From Chrysochromulina tobinii (lineage: Eukaryota): a stretch of 38,337 nt of DNA. The first letter of the stretch is position 1, and each line of letters starts with the position of its first letter. The stretch is taken from contig JWZX01002744.1 of NCBI GenBank assembly GCA_001275005.1, positions 1 to 38,337 on the forward strand. The letters run 5' to 3'. The notes beneath the pieces are model-generated. The model saw only the letters and a program-made list of their open reading frames with translations, was not told the origin of the DNA and made no database searches. The position numbers and the translations under genes were made by a program. Positions 10,935 to 19,713 of the stretch are shown here, in pieces.

Positions 10935-10936
10935 GT

Positions 10937-10956
10937 TTACTTACTTACTTACTTAC
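10937..10956 (+). repeat. (TTAC)5 3' tail of the retrotransposon
   Basis: TTAC x5 directly before the TSD. Confidence 0.9.
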
Positions 10957-10969
10957 TCACTTGACCCAA
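10956..10969 (+). repeat. Right target-site duplication (first C shared with the tail)
   Basis: CTCACTTGACCCAA, identical to 771-784. Confidence 0.9.
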
Positions 10970-11111
10970 AGGGGTAGGGGAGGGTATTCTTTCTGGATTC
11001 ACACACTATCCCCACCACCTGATTTTGAACTCAGTGGTTGACCCAAAGGGGTAGGGGAGGGTATTCTTTCTGGATTCACACACTATCCCCACCACCTGAT
11101 TTTGAACTCAG
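10961..11111 (+). repeat. Two identical 74-bp units in tandem (period 77): TTGACCC...hairpin...TTTTGAACTCAG
   Basis: 10961-11034 equals 11038-11111, separated by TGG. Internal imperfect stem GGTAGGGGAGGGT/ACTATCCCCACC. Confidence 0.92.
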
Positions 11112-11183
11112 CTGTCATCCTTACAAGCTACATGCTACGTAGTAATCACTTTTGGCTGCGGGCCTGCGAGATCAACATGGAGA

Positions 11184-12077
11184 TCAAGGAGCCGCCCCCT
11201 GGCTTGGAGCCCCGCGCTCACTGCCAACCTCCCAAGCCGGTCGCCCACCCCATGGCGTACCATTCGACTTCGAGCAGAGTCCCACATGCTTGATCCATCG
11301 TCGGAGGGATCGGAGCCGCTCGCCAACTGTTTGGACGGCTGGGCTGAAGCTCGCAACGAGGACGATCCTCTCGCCACTACTCACCGACTGCCCCGCGTGT
11401 ACGACGTCTCCTGCCCAGAGCATGGCGGTGCCGGCTGGAGGTTTCACCACGAGCGTCGGCGGCAGATCGACCCCGGTCCGCTCGATCTCCCTCGCTGCGG
11501 CAATGGACCAGAAGGCTGTCCCGCCGCCGCTAAAGGCATGGCCGCTGCTCAGCGGCACGAGGACGGTCAATTTTTCTCCGTCGATATGAGGCCGAAAATA
11601 GCCTCCGGCCGTGTACACGCTGATGGCTGGCTCATTTGGCGTGAAGTTGAGCTTGCGGTTTCGGACGACGGTCTCGTCGGAGAGGCAGTTGACTCCGAAG
11701 AGCGTCAGCAGCAGCGACGGCGCAATCTGCTCGACGCGAGCGAGGATGCGCACCAGGAGCACATCGCAGCGAGTGACGCCATCCATGTCGAGCACTGAGG
11801 CAATCGGCGTTTTCAGACTCTCCGGATGCGCGTCAATATGGTCACGGTCGTGACGATGTGCACTCTCGCCCATTTCGGCTCGGCGGCATCTCGCCCACCC
11901 GGATGCTGCAGAGTGTAGCGCGTCGATTTCGGCGGCGTCGGCAACATCATGAAGAAGTATGATGCTGTAACCTCGCACTAGCGCCTCTTGCGCGTTGCCG
12001 GTGCAGCTTGCCTTGTCGGCGCTGACAAAGACTTCAGACCAGCTATCACTAATGGATGCCGTTCTCGCTGTTGGCTC
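11184..12077 (-). CDS. 2OG-Fe(II) oxygenase (prolyl-hydroxylase-like); natural start displaced, possible pseudogene
   Basis: HxD...H...R motifs: FRPHIDG, VVHAG, GERIVLVASF. The frame stays open upstream of 11978 (EPTARTASISDSWSEVFVSADKASCTGNAQEALVRGY) to a TGA at 12084-12086, with no in-frame ATG until 11873. Confidence 0.7.
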   Translation of the reverse strand, partial: EPTARTASISDSWSEVFVSADKASCTGNAQEALVRGYSIILLHDVADAAEIDALHSAASGWARCRRAEMGESAHRHDRDHIDAHPESLKTPIASVLDMDGVTRCDVLLVRILARVEQIAPSLLLTLFGVNCLSDETVVRNRKLNFTPNEPAISVYTAGGYFRPHIDGEKLTVLVPLSSGHAFSGGGTAFWSIAAAREIERTGVDLPPTLVVKPPAGTAMLWAGDVVHAGQSVSSGERIVLVASFSPAVQTVGERLRSLRRWIKHVGLCSKSNGTPWGGRPAWEVGSERGAPSQGAAP

Positions 12078-12154
12078 GCCATGTCATTGAGCGAGCCAAC
12101 AGCGAGAACGGCATCCATTAGTGATAGCTGGTCTGAAGTCTTTGTCAGCGCCGA
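12016..12154. repeat. Perfect 64-bp inverted repeat with 11-nt loop
   Basis: 12016-12079 is the exact reverse complement of 12091-12154; the loop is CATGTCATTGA. Confidence 0.97.
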
Positions 12155-12194
12155 GCAGCGAGAATCCGACGCGCGATGAGCATTTGCTAATTAC

Positions 12195-12262
12195 GATTTT
12201 CCCTACGGCGAAGCCACATTCCCAAAAAGGGAAGTTTTGCTCCTCGAATGGGGGGGAAAATC
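12195..12262. repeat. Imperfect stem-loop (possible MITE-like relic)
   Basis: GATTTTCCC (12195-12203) pairs with GGGAAAATC (12254-12262), enclosing TTCCC-AAAAA-GGGAA. Confidence 0.55.
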
Positions 12263-12370
12263 AAGAGAAGCCCGAGCACGCCACTCGAGGCAGCGCGCTG
12301 CCAACACTACTTCCCACACAGCACCATCCTTAAGCCGGAGGCAGAGGGCATGAGGGCTTCTCTCATGGGG

Positions 12371-13645
12371 CTACTCCCCTGGCCGACGGCCTCCTTCACC
12401 TCGCCTCTTGCCATCAGCCGCCTCCTTCTCCGCCTTGACACGCCTCGCCCACTCGACTAAGCTCTCCTCACCTGCCGCATCGCGCGGCGCCTCCTTCATC
12501 CCCTCTCGCTGCTGTGCGCCTCGGTACCGTTGCCTCTCGCGCTCGAGTCGCTCGTTCCTCCAAAAGGCCCGCCCGTTGACCAGCAGCCTCTCGGCGTCGG
12601 TCATCCCGTCGCGCCAGCAGATGCCGCGCGCCTCGGCGCCCTGTGTGTACAGACCCTCTTCCGTCATACGGCACAGGCAAGGGAGCCAAGGCTGGTCGCA
12701 CCTCTGCGGGCAGCGACGCGGCAAGCCCTCCCAAATCTCCGACACGAGGATGTTGCGACGGCCGCCCTCGAGCTTGGTGACCGAGTGCCACTTGTGCGAG
12801 AGGAGGATGAGGGCGTCGCCGCGCTCGAACGTGTGCGCCAGCATGCTGCCGTCCGCTTCGAGTGTCTGGAATGTTCCGCCTTGATACTCTGAGCGATCAC
12901 TCAGCATCAGATTGATGGTGACCAACGAGCCATAATCGGCATGTACGGGCATAGGGATGTTGCGACCGCTGTCCTCGGCGTCATGGATCACCGTGTGGTA
13001 CTCCGACGAGCGCAGATGGAGCGCGATGCGGTCGTCCAGCACTCCGCCCCACAGCTCGCGGCTCGCCGCCTGGGCCGCCCCCATCATGCGAGCGTGCAAC
13101 TCGGGCAGCAGCTCGAGGACTCGATGATTGAGCCACACAGTCCTCCCGCCCTCGCGAACCTGCCGCTCGTACGTAGAGCTCACCTTGAAGCCGGCAGATG
13201 CCGCGGCTGCACGGCACGTCTCGGCAGCCAAGTGGATACTCTCAAGGTCGGCTTCGCTCAGAAACCCGGGCATGCGTCTCACCACCGTGCGCTGAGCATC
13301 GGCCTCACTGACCAACCGCGGCGCCTCCATTTTTTGCATGACGCTCATTGGTGGCTTGGCCATACTGCGATCAGGTGGAGACGTCGGTACGGGAACTGCC
13401 CCAGCCTCGGACAGCATCTCAACCCGGTCCCGAATCTTCGCCGCGGCAGCATAGTCCTCCGCGTCAACAGCGGCCTTCATCTCGGCTCGCAGGCGACCGA
13501 TTTCGTCAGCTTCCACCATACGTGCAGCACAGGCGGTAGCCTGTGCACGAAATGTGGCGCCCTCCAGCATGCTACACATCAAGTTCGGAGCAAAGGCGGC
13601 GGTGGCCGTCACCGCGATTGCCATCGTGCTGCAAAGGGTCTTCAT
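12371..13645 (-). CDS. UVR-domain + 2OG-Fe(II) oxygenase, probably plastid-targeted
   Basis: Hydrophobic leader ending in TAAFAP; UvrB/C-type motif LRAEMKAAVDAEDYAAAAKIRD; PVHAD, KWHSV, GGRRNILVSEIW. Confidence 0.85.
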   Translation of the reverse strand: MKTLCSTMAIAVTATAAFAPNLMCSMLEGATFRAQATACAARMVEADEIGRLRAEMKAAVDAEDYAAAAKIRDRVEMLSEAGAVPVPTSPPDRSMAKPPMSVMQKMEAPRLVSEADAQRTVVRRMPGFLSEADLESIHLAAETCRAAAASAGFKVSSTYERQVREGGRTVWLNHRVLELLPELHARMMGAAQAASRELWGGVLDDRIALHLRSSEYHTVIHDAEDSGRNIPMPVHADYGSLVTINLMLSDRSEYQGGTFQTLEADGSMLAHTFERGDALILLSHKWHSVTKLEGGRRNILVSEIWEGLPRRCPQRCDQPWLPCLCRMTEEGLYTQGAEARGICWRDGMTDAERLLVNGRAFWRNERLERERQRYRGAQQREGMKEAPRDAAGEESLVEWARRVKAEKEAADGKRRGEGGRRPGE

Positions 13646-13670
13646 TTATCGGAGGTGTGAATGGGCTGTT

Positions 13671-13727
13671 TTGACCCAGGCGCAATTACATCCCTCATCA
13701 AGGGGCGCCTCCCAGGCGCGCCTGGTT
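13671..13727 (+). repeat. Second type of TTGACCC-initiated mini-unit, with inverted repeats
   Basis: Starts TTGACCCAGGCGC; CCAGGCGC (13676-13683) can pair with GCGCCTGG (13718-13725). Abuts the next unit. Confidence 0.5.
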
Positions 13728-13804
13728 TTGACCCTCAGGGGTTTGGGGAGGAATTCTTTCTGGATTCACTTTCACACCGCTATCCCCACCACCTGATTTT
13801 GAAC
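13728..13804 (+). repeat. Third, diverged copy of the TTGACCC...TTTTGAAC hairpin unit
   Basis: Shares TTGACCC, GGGGAGG, ATTCTTTCTGGATTCAC and CTATCCCCACCACCTGATTTTGAAC with 10961-11030. Confidence 0.9.
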
Positions 13805-14135
13805 CGTGCGTGTTGCTACAGACATACTCCTCTGTAGTGTTGTTCGCGTCGAGAGGTCGTCGTGGACCGGACACAATACACGCGGAGGGGACGCTCCTTC
13901 AAGTTTCCTTCCCCTGACTTCCATCAATGCCCCATCCTGGCCCGCCGAATCCCGCTACATCTCCATTTCTGTGATTGTAGAGAAACCGCCGCTCAGACCC
14001 GAGAGACTGTCATGCGCCAGGCTGTCGTCGAGTCGGGGCCTGCGGTGGCCCCCACCGGAGAAGTCTTAAGTGTGAAGGTGGAGGAAGGGCCGGGCGGGGC
14101 ACTCTCCTCCGTCTTCCCGTCCTCCTCCACCACTG

Positions 14136-17100
14136 TCAGAGCCATTCTCGCAAAGCCCGGTCTGGCGCACTGGCCGGCTGCCCAGCCAGCAGCGCGTTCT
14201 GGTTGTCCAAGATCAGTTTCAAGTTCGCCTGCATCTCGATGACCCTCTGGGACACGTCATCCACCTTGTCCTCGACGGCGCCAATGTGCTTGTTCATGTT
14301 GGTTCGCCATCTCTGGTCCTGAGAAAAGTCGAACTGATGCTGGCGGACCCAGACCTCAACGGCGTCAGGGTAGAGACGCACCTCAGGGGAAGTTGCCTTT
14401 TTTAGGAAGGCAAAGATGGACGCCGTCTGCTCCGCAGTGATGTCTGTATCCGTGTCGTGCAGCGCCTCGAAGGCGGAGCCCGACACGACGCTCGTTAGCC
14501 ACGTGGCGCAGCCGGTGCGCGCGATCTCGCGCGCGAGCTCAGCCGCCGCGTAGAGCGCGAGCACGAGGCCGCGGATGAGGTTGAAGGGCGGCGGGATGGC
14601 TTGTAGCCCGGCTCCCTTGATGGCTACCCGCGCGAACGCGACCTGGAACGTGCCCGCCAGGTCTTCGTGCACAAGGTCGAACGTTTTGGCGAAGCGCGCG
14701 ATGAGGAGGTTGAGCATCAGCAGCACAACGACGACGCCGAAGAGCGCCATCAAGCACCACGCGAACGGTGAGAGGACGTGCGCGCTCTGCATCGACATGA
14801 TGCGGTCGGGCTCGCCATCCAAGGTGCCCTCCATCAACATCGTGAGCACCTCTCGGAAGGAGACGGGCTCGGCGAGGTTGCCCGTCGCGAGGCCGTCCAG
14901 GCTCGCGTGCCCGTTGAACAGGACGAAGAAGGCGGCACCAAAGGAAATGAGGACGAAGACGGCGAGGATGACGAACTGCGTCAGGTCTTCAAGCATCCGA
15001 ATGGCCATGATGAGCAGAGGCCCGTAGCGCGGGAAGATGTAGAGCACCTGGAGCAGACGGAGCCATCCAAGCATGGCCATGACCGCCTGGCACGGCAGCA
15101 TGGCCGAAGAGGCGAGGCTGCCCAGCTCGAGCGCCGTCTCGAGCGCCAGCTGGCGCAGGCCGACCTCGGCCACATCGAGCGCCGTCTCGAGCGTCGAGAG
15201 CTGCCTCGCCTCCCCCAGAGAGCCTCCTGGCGCCAGCCTCGTCTCGAGGTCGAGTGCCACAAGGAGCCGTGTGAGCAGGGTGAGACTCATGAATGCGACG
15301 AGGAGCAGATCGAGGAAGTTGAATGGATCTCGCAGGTATGCATCCATCCGGTCCGCGGCGAGCAACTCCGAAGCCTCGGCCAGCACCCAGCCGAGCAGGT
15401 AGCCGAACAGCGTCGCCTCGGGCACCCCCAGTCCGCTCTCGGCCGTGGCGGGCGCCATGAAGGTGCACCTGATGAGGGAGGTCATCAGAGAGGCGCTCAG
15501 AAAGATGCTCAGCGGGGCGCTCATGCGCACACAGCGTTGCGAGCCCAGGATCGCAATCAGATGCACTCAGATGCACTCAGATGCGATCCATCGGATGCAC
15601 TCAGGCGCGCACAGCATCGCGAGCCCGAGGATCGCAAAGCAGAAGAGCGCAAAGCGTCCCGCCGGTATGAACCAAATGATCGTGGGTGTCCATCTGCTCG
15701 GCTTGCGCCCCGGCGAGCTGATCGCGAAGCGCATCGACTCCTCGATGAGCACCTCGGTGGAGCGGGGTATGAAGAGCATCAACGGCAAGGCGATCACGTG
15801 CGCGAACGCGCTCACGAGAGCGTCGAGGCCGATCCGGCTCCATCGCTGACACGCACGTCCGAGGGCTCCAACGAGTGTCGAGGCGCAGGAGGAGGCCTCT
15901 ACTTCGGCATCCTCCTCGCTCAGGATGACGCTCGAGTCCTCCTTGGCAAAGTCTTGGGTGGGCCAGAATGTATCGAGCAAATGCGCCGCGACGAAGGGAT
16001 TTGAGAGGAAGACGCGCAGGTCGTAGTCCGCAGCGTGGTTCAGGCATGTATGCGTGAAAAAGTCCCGGGCGACCGACGGGTCCACCTCCTGCACGCCCGT
16101 GCGCCACGGATTGAAGGACTTGTTCACCTCGAGCTTCTCCTTGGTAGCGCGAACCTAATGAGGGATCCAATCAGTGATCATAAAAGGCAATCAGTGATCA
16201 TCAAAGGCAATCAGCGCCATCCGAGGCAAACATAGTCCATCATAGTCCATCAAGAGGCCAACAGAGTCCTTCAAAGGCCATCAGACGACATCAGAGGCCA
16301 TTCAGAGGCCCTCAGACGCTAGACGCACCGCGCCGCTCAGCAGCCCCGATGCGATGTGCTCGAGGAGAAGGGACGCTTGCGCGAGACGCTCCATGATGAC
16401 GGGATCCCGCGCGAAGTGTGGCCGCTCGAGCTCGCAATCGGCCGCGGCATGCAGCGCGAGCAGCACCGGGTTAGAAGGTTCCCGGAACGTCATGAGCATC
16501 CCCGTTGCGGAGCGCGACAGCTGTGGCGACACGGGGGTCGTCGCGGAGGCGGCCGTGGAGGCGCCGCCACGTGCTGCGACCTCATCCGTGAGCGAAGGCG
16601 CACTGGCTGGGCGCGCGCAAAGCAGGAGCATCGTGAAGAGCCTCACCTACAAGCAGGGCACTCGACGGCATTAAGTCGCACCCAGTCGCACCGAGTCGCA
16701 ATGATCGCAATCAGCGTACCGTCTCGTCCTGAGTCAGGAGCTCGTAATCACGCAGTCAAATCGTCATCTCGCACAATCAGCGTACCGTCTCGTCCTGAGT
16801 CAGGAGCTCGTGCATGGGTCCTTCGATGGCCCAAAGGCGCACGACGACATGCGTGAGCTGTGCGCGCGTGAAGAGGGGCGGCGCGGAGCCGTGGCGCGCG
16901 TAGAGGTTCTCGAGCAGCGCTATGGCAACCCGGAGCTGCCCCGCCCGAAGCGCCACCGCAAGCGCCCCATACCCGGGCAGCTGGAGGAGTTGCGCGGCGG
17001 CCTGCTTGTCTTCAGCATAGCGCTTTGGGATGCCTATGGCTGCGAGGGAGCCACGCTGGCTGCGAGATCCAGACGAGATCCTCCGGAGCGTGCCGCCGTG

Positions 17101-17883
17101 CTTGCCCTTGAACCGTCCAAACTCCAACGCGGTCTGGGCGCTCTCCTCGACAGGGAAGTCGACACCAGGTATTGCGCTCATGGGCGCGACAGAAGGGTCA
17201 GCGCCCGCCCGCAGCAGCATCTTGACCACCTCGACGTTGCCGTACTGCGCGGCAGCAAGGAGCGGCGTGAGGCCGCCGCGCGCCTCCTTGTTCTGCAGCT
17301 CGACCGACGCGCCGCACTCGAGCAGCGTCGCCACCGTCTGCGGCCGGTTCTCATAGCAGGCCTCATGGAGCGCCGTGTTCCCATGGGCGTTGGCCGCATC
17401 GAGGAGCTCCGCGGGCGACTGGCGGCACAAGAGCCGGATGACCCGGCCGCTGTGGTTGTACCGAGCGGCGAGGTGCAGCGGCAGCGCGTGCCCACGCTTG
17501 TTACGTTGCGAAGGGTCGGCCCGCAGCGCGAGCAGCTCCTCGACGATGGCCGCGTTGCCGGAATAGGCAGCCCAATGCAAACACGAAGATTCTGCCCAGT
17601 GGTCGACGGCGCTCAGCTCGGCGGGCAGCACGTCACGATCGATCTCCTCGAGGATCCGATGCACGAGCTCGAGATCGCCGTCGGCGCACGCCTTCATCAA
17701 CGGAGTCACGCGTAGCTCGCCAAACGGCCCCATTTGGGCGACGATCATCTCGCGCTCATTCTGAGACTTCACTTTGCCGCCGGTGCTGTTGAAGCTGATG
17801 GAGACACAAGCTCTGGTGACGCTCGGGGTTGTTGAGGGGGACGGCGTGGCTCCTTTCAGGGAGTTCATCAACGCGGACTGCAT
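14136..17883 (-). CDS. Ankyrin-repeat TRP-like cation channel (4 exons)
   Basis: Exons 17883-16786, 16646-16329, 16154-15613 and 15468-14136 join in frame at GT-AG introns. Ankyrin repeats TPLMKAC, CLHWAA, PLHLAA, TALHEAC, TPLLAAA. Channel motifs DPFNFLD, LRLLQVL..GPLLIMAIRML, LLMLNLLIA, IPPPFNL. Confidence 0.88.
16155..16328 (-). repeat. Intronic degenerate 10-11 bp microsatellite (GGCAATCAG / GGCCATCAGA-like)
   Basis: AATCAGTGATCA x2, CATAGTCCAT x2 and TCAGAGGCC x2 within intron 2. A similar ATGCACTCAG array lies in intron 3 (15557-15604). Confidence 0.8.
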
Positions 17884-18253
17884 GTCACCACGCACGATTC
17901 CACGCCCAGGCCGGCCGCGGGTATTTGGCGTCGTACAAAAAGAAAAGGAACTTCCAAGTTTCGTAGTTTCGTAGCCAGAGATTTTTGGAACAAAATTTTT
18001 CAATACTTCGATCAAGTCGTGGGTTTGGTGTTTAGGGGGGAATCTTGTGGTTCCCACTTGGTCCGGATTCCCACGCGTTCGACAAACATGGTGCGAAATG
18101 AGCTCTTCGCCGCAATGCCACCGCACACGCCAATGACCAAGGATGCCTACCGCACTCGTCTGTGCGCCGAGTCTGCCCCACAGTTGACATGTGTGGTTTC
18201 CACTCTCCGCTTCTGTGCTCCAGACGGGTTCCGATGCGGATCCCAAGAACCCG

Positions 18254-19713
18254 ATGTCTTCCTCTCCAGTGTCGGTAGTGCCTTCACTCGCAAAAGAGCG
18301 GCGCACACGAGGCGGTGGGCGGCTCCACAGCACCTTCCGCAGCACCTTGGTGGATGCGAAACCTGAAGCAAATCAGGCTGTCATCCTTGCCGCCGTTTTC
18401 TTGCAGGTTGCTCAGTTTGGCATCATCGCACAAGCACTGCCTGCAGGCCTCATGCAACGAAGCGGCGGAGCTCTCGCCGCCGAGAGACTCGGCCATCTAG
18501 GCTCAGCGAATGCGATGGCGCGCCTCGTGCTCATCCCAACCTGCGGCCATCTGGTTGACGTCGTGGGGCCGAAGCCTTTGTTGCTCTTGGCTCCTGCAGT
18601 TGCGACGCTGGCACGTGGTTGTGTCTACTTCACTAGCGCGTACGCGCCCGGTGTGTCGATCACAATGGAGCTGATCTCGGCCTTCGTGACGTCACTGACA
18701 ACGATGATCTGGTGGATGGCCAACCGCGCGATGCTCGCCGATCACTTTGGTCATGATACGACGCTTCTTGCAACCATGTTGTCAAGAGTGGCCGCCACGA
18801 TAGGCCTGAGCCACTGCATCGCATCGCTAGTGGGCGGCTACTTGACCGCTATCCGGCCGCCGCTGGCCTACGGCGCATCGGCATGCGTCAGCGTGGCACT
18901 CGTCCTGCTCTGCTTCTTCGGCATCCCGGAGAGCGAGAGACGGCCAAAGTCGGCGCCAGCTGGGCGTGTCTGGGCGATGACCAACCCGTTCGTCTTCCTG
19001 AACGGTTTCAAGCGAGGCTCGCTCTCGGTGTGCTCCCGAGGCTCCCAAATGCATACACATGGCTCACACCGTGTCAGTCACAACACAGGTCCTGAGCTTA
19101 AAATATATATCGCTGCTCGTCTGCTGCGTCGCCTGCGCAGGTGCTCTTTACTCTGCTTGTGATGCTCCAGGAATTCGTCAAGCCGATCTCCAGTGCGCGA
19201 GATGGCATCTGGCAAGTGATCGCTCGCGAGCACCGCGGATGGAGTGCGGCGCAGTGCGGCCAGTTCGCCTCAGTCACGTCGCTAGCGCAGATGGGTGGCA
19301 ACTTGCTCACCCAGCCAGTGCTAGGCCTCGTAGGCGCACGTGGCTTCACGATTGGCTCCAATGCCATGTCCGTATTGGCGTGTCTCCTCTACAGCTGGCC
19401 GACTCCAGCCTCCCTCGCGATCGTGCCACAAGCCCTTGGCACTGGCGGTGCACAGGCGCTTACCGCACGCCTCACGACCCTCGGCAAGTCCTTGGGCATC
19501 TCCAACGGCCAGCTCGCGGCCGAGTACCAGTCACTCAACGCTGCAGTGAGCATGGTCGCGCCCTTAGTCTATGCGTCGTTCTTCCGCCTAGGCGCTGACC
19601 GAGGGCTGCCTTCGCTTCCGCTCTACTGCTCGATTGCCGCGCACGCCATCACGGTGCTGCTTGCACTCTCCATCCCGTCGAGCTTCTGGACACAGAAACG
19701 GCAGGCCGAATGA
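18254..19713 (+). CDS. Major facilitator superfamily transporter (TetA-like), 2 exons
   Basis: Exons 18254-19027 and 19141-19713 (phase-0 GT-AG intron). MFS motif A-like GHLVDVVGPKP and many TM segments. Start codon uncertain. Confidence 0.82.

Larger units (their letters stand above)
785..10956 (+). mobile_element. Full-length non-LTR (LINE-like) retrotransposon, ~10.2 kb: ORF1 + APE-RT-RNase H-CCHC-chromodomain
   Basis: TSD at both ends, (TTAC)5 3' tail and no LTRs. APE motifs WN/GDFN/SDH, RT YADD, RNase H acidic residues and a chromodomain are present. The copy carries an in-frame stop, one frameshift and an apparent RNase H deletion. Confidence 0.93.

Noticed and set aside
10961..11111. 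CRISPR array or LTR interpretation of the tandem units
   Set aside because: Only two 74-bp units with a 3-nt spacer and no cas genes. The unit is not present in full at the 5' end of the retroelement, so it is not an LTR.
14778..16004. Long antisense ORFs (this one, and 1964-3031, 16810-17715, 23480-24325, 26515-27663, 30382-31578)
   Set aside because: Shadow ORFs opposite well-supported genes in high-GC DNA, with no motifs of their own.
17884..18345. N-terminal extension of the ankyrin ORF to 18345
   Set aside because: It crosses an AT-rich divergent intergenic region and overlaps the opposite-strand MFS gene. ATG 17883 is more plausible.
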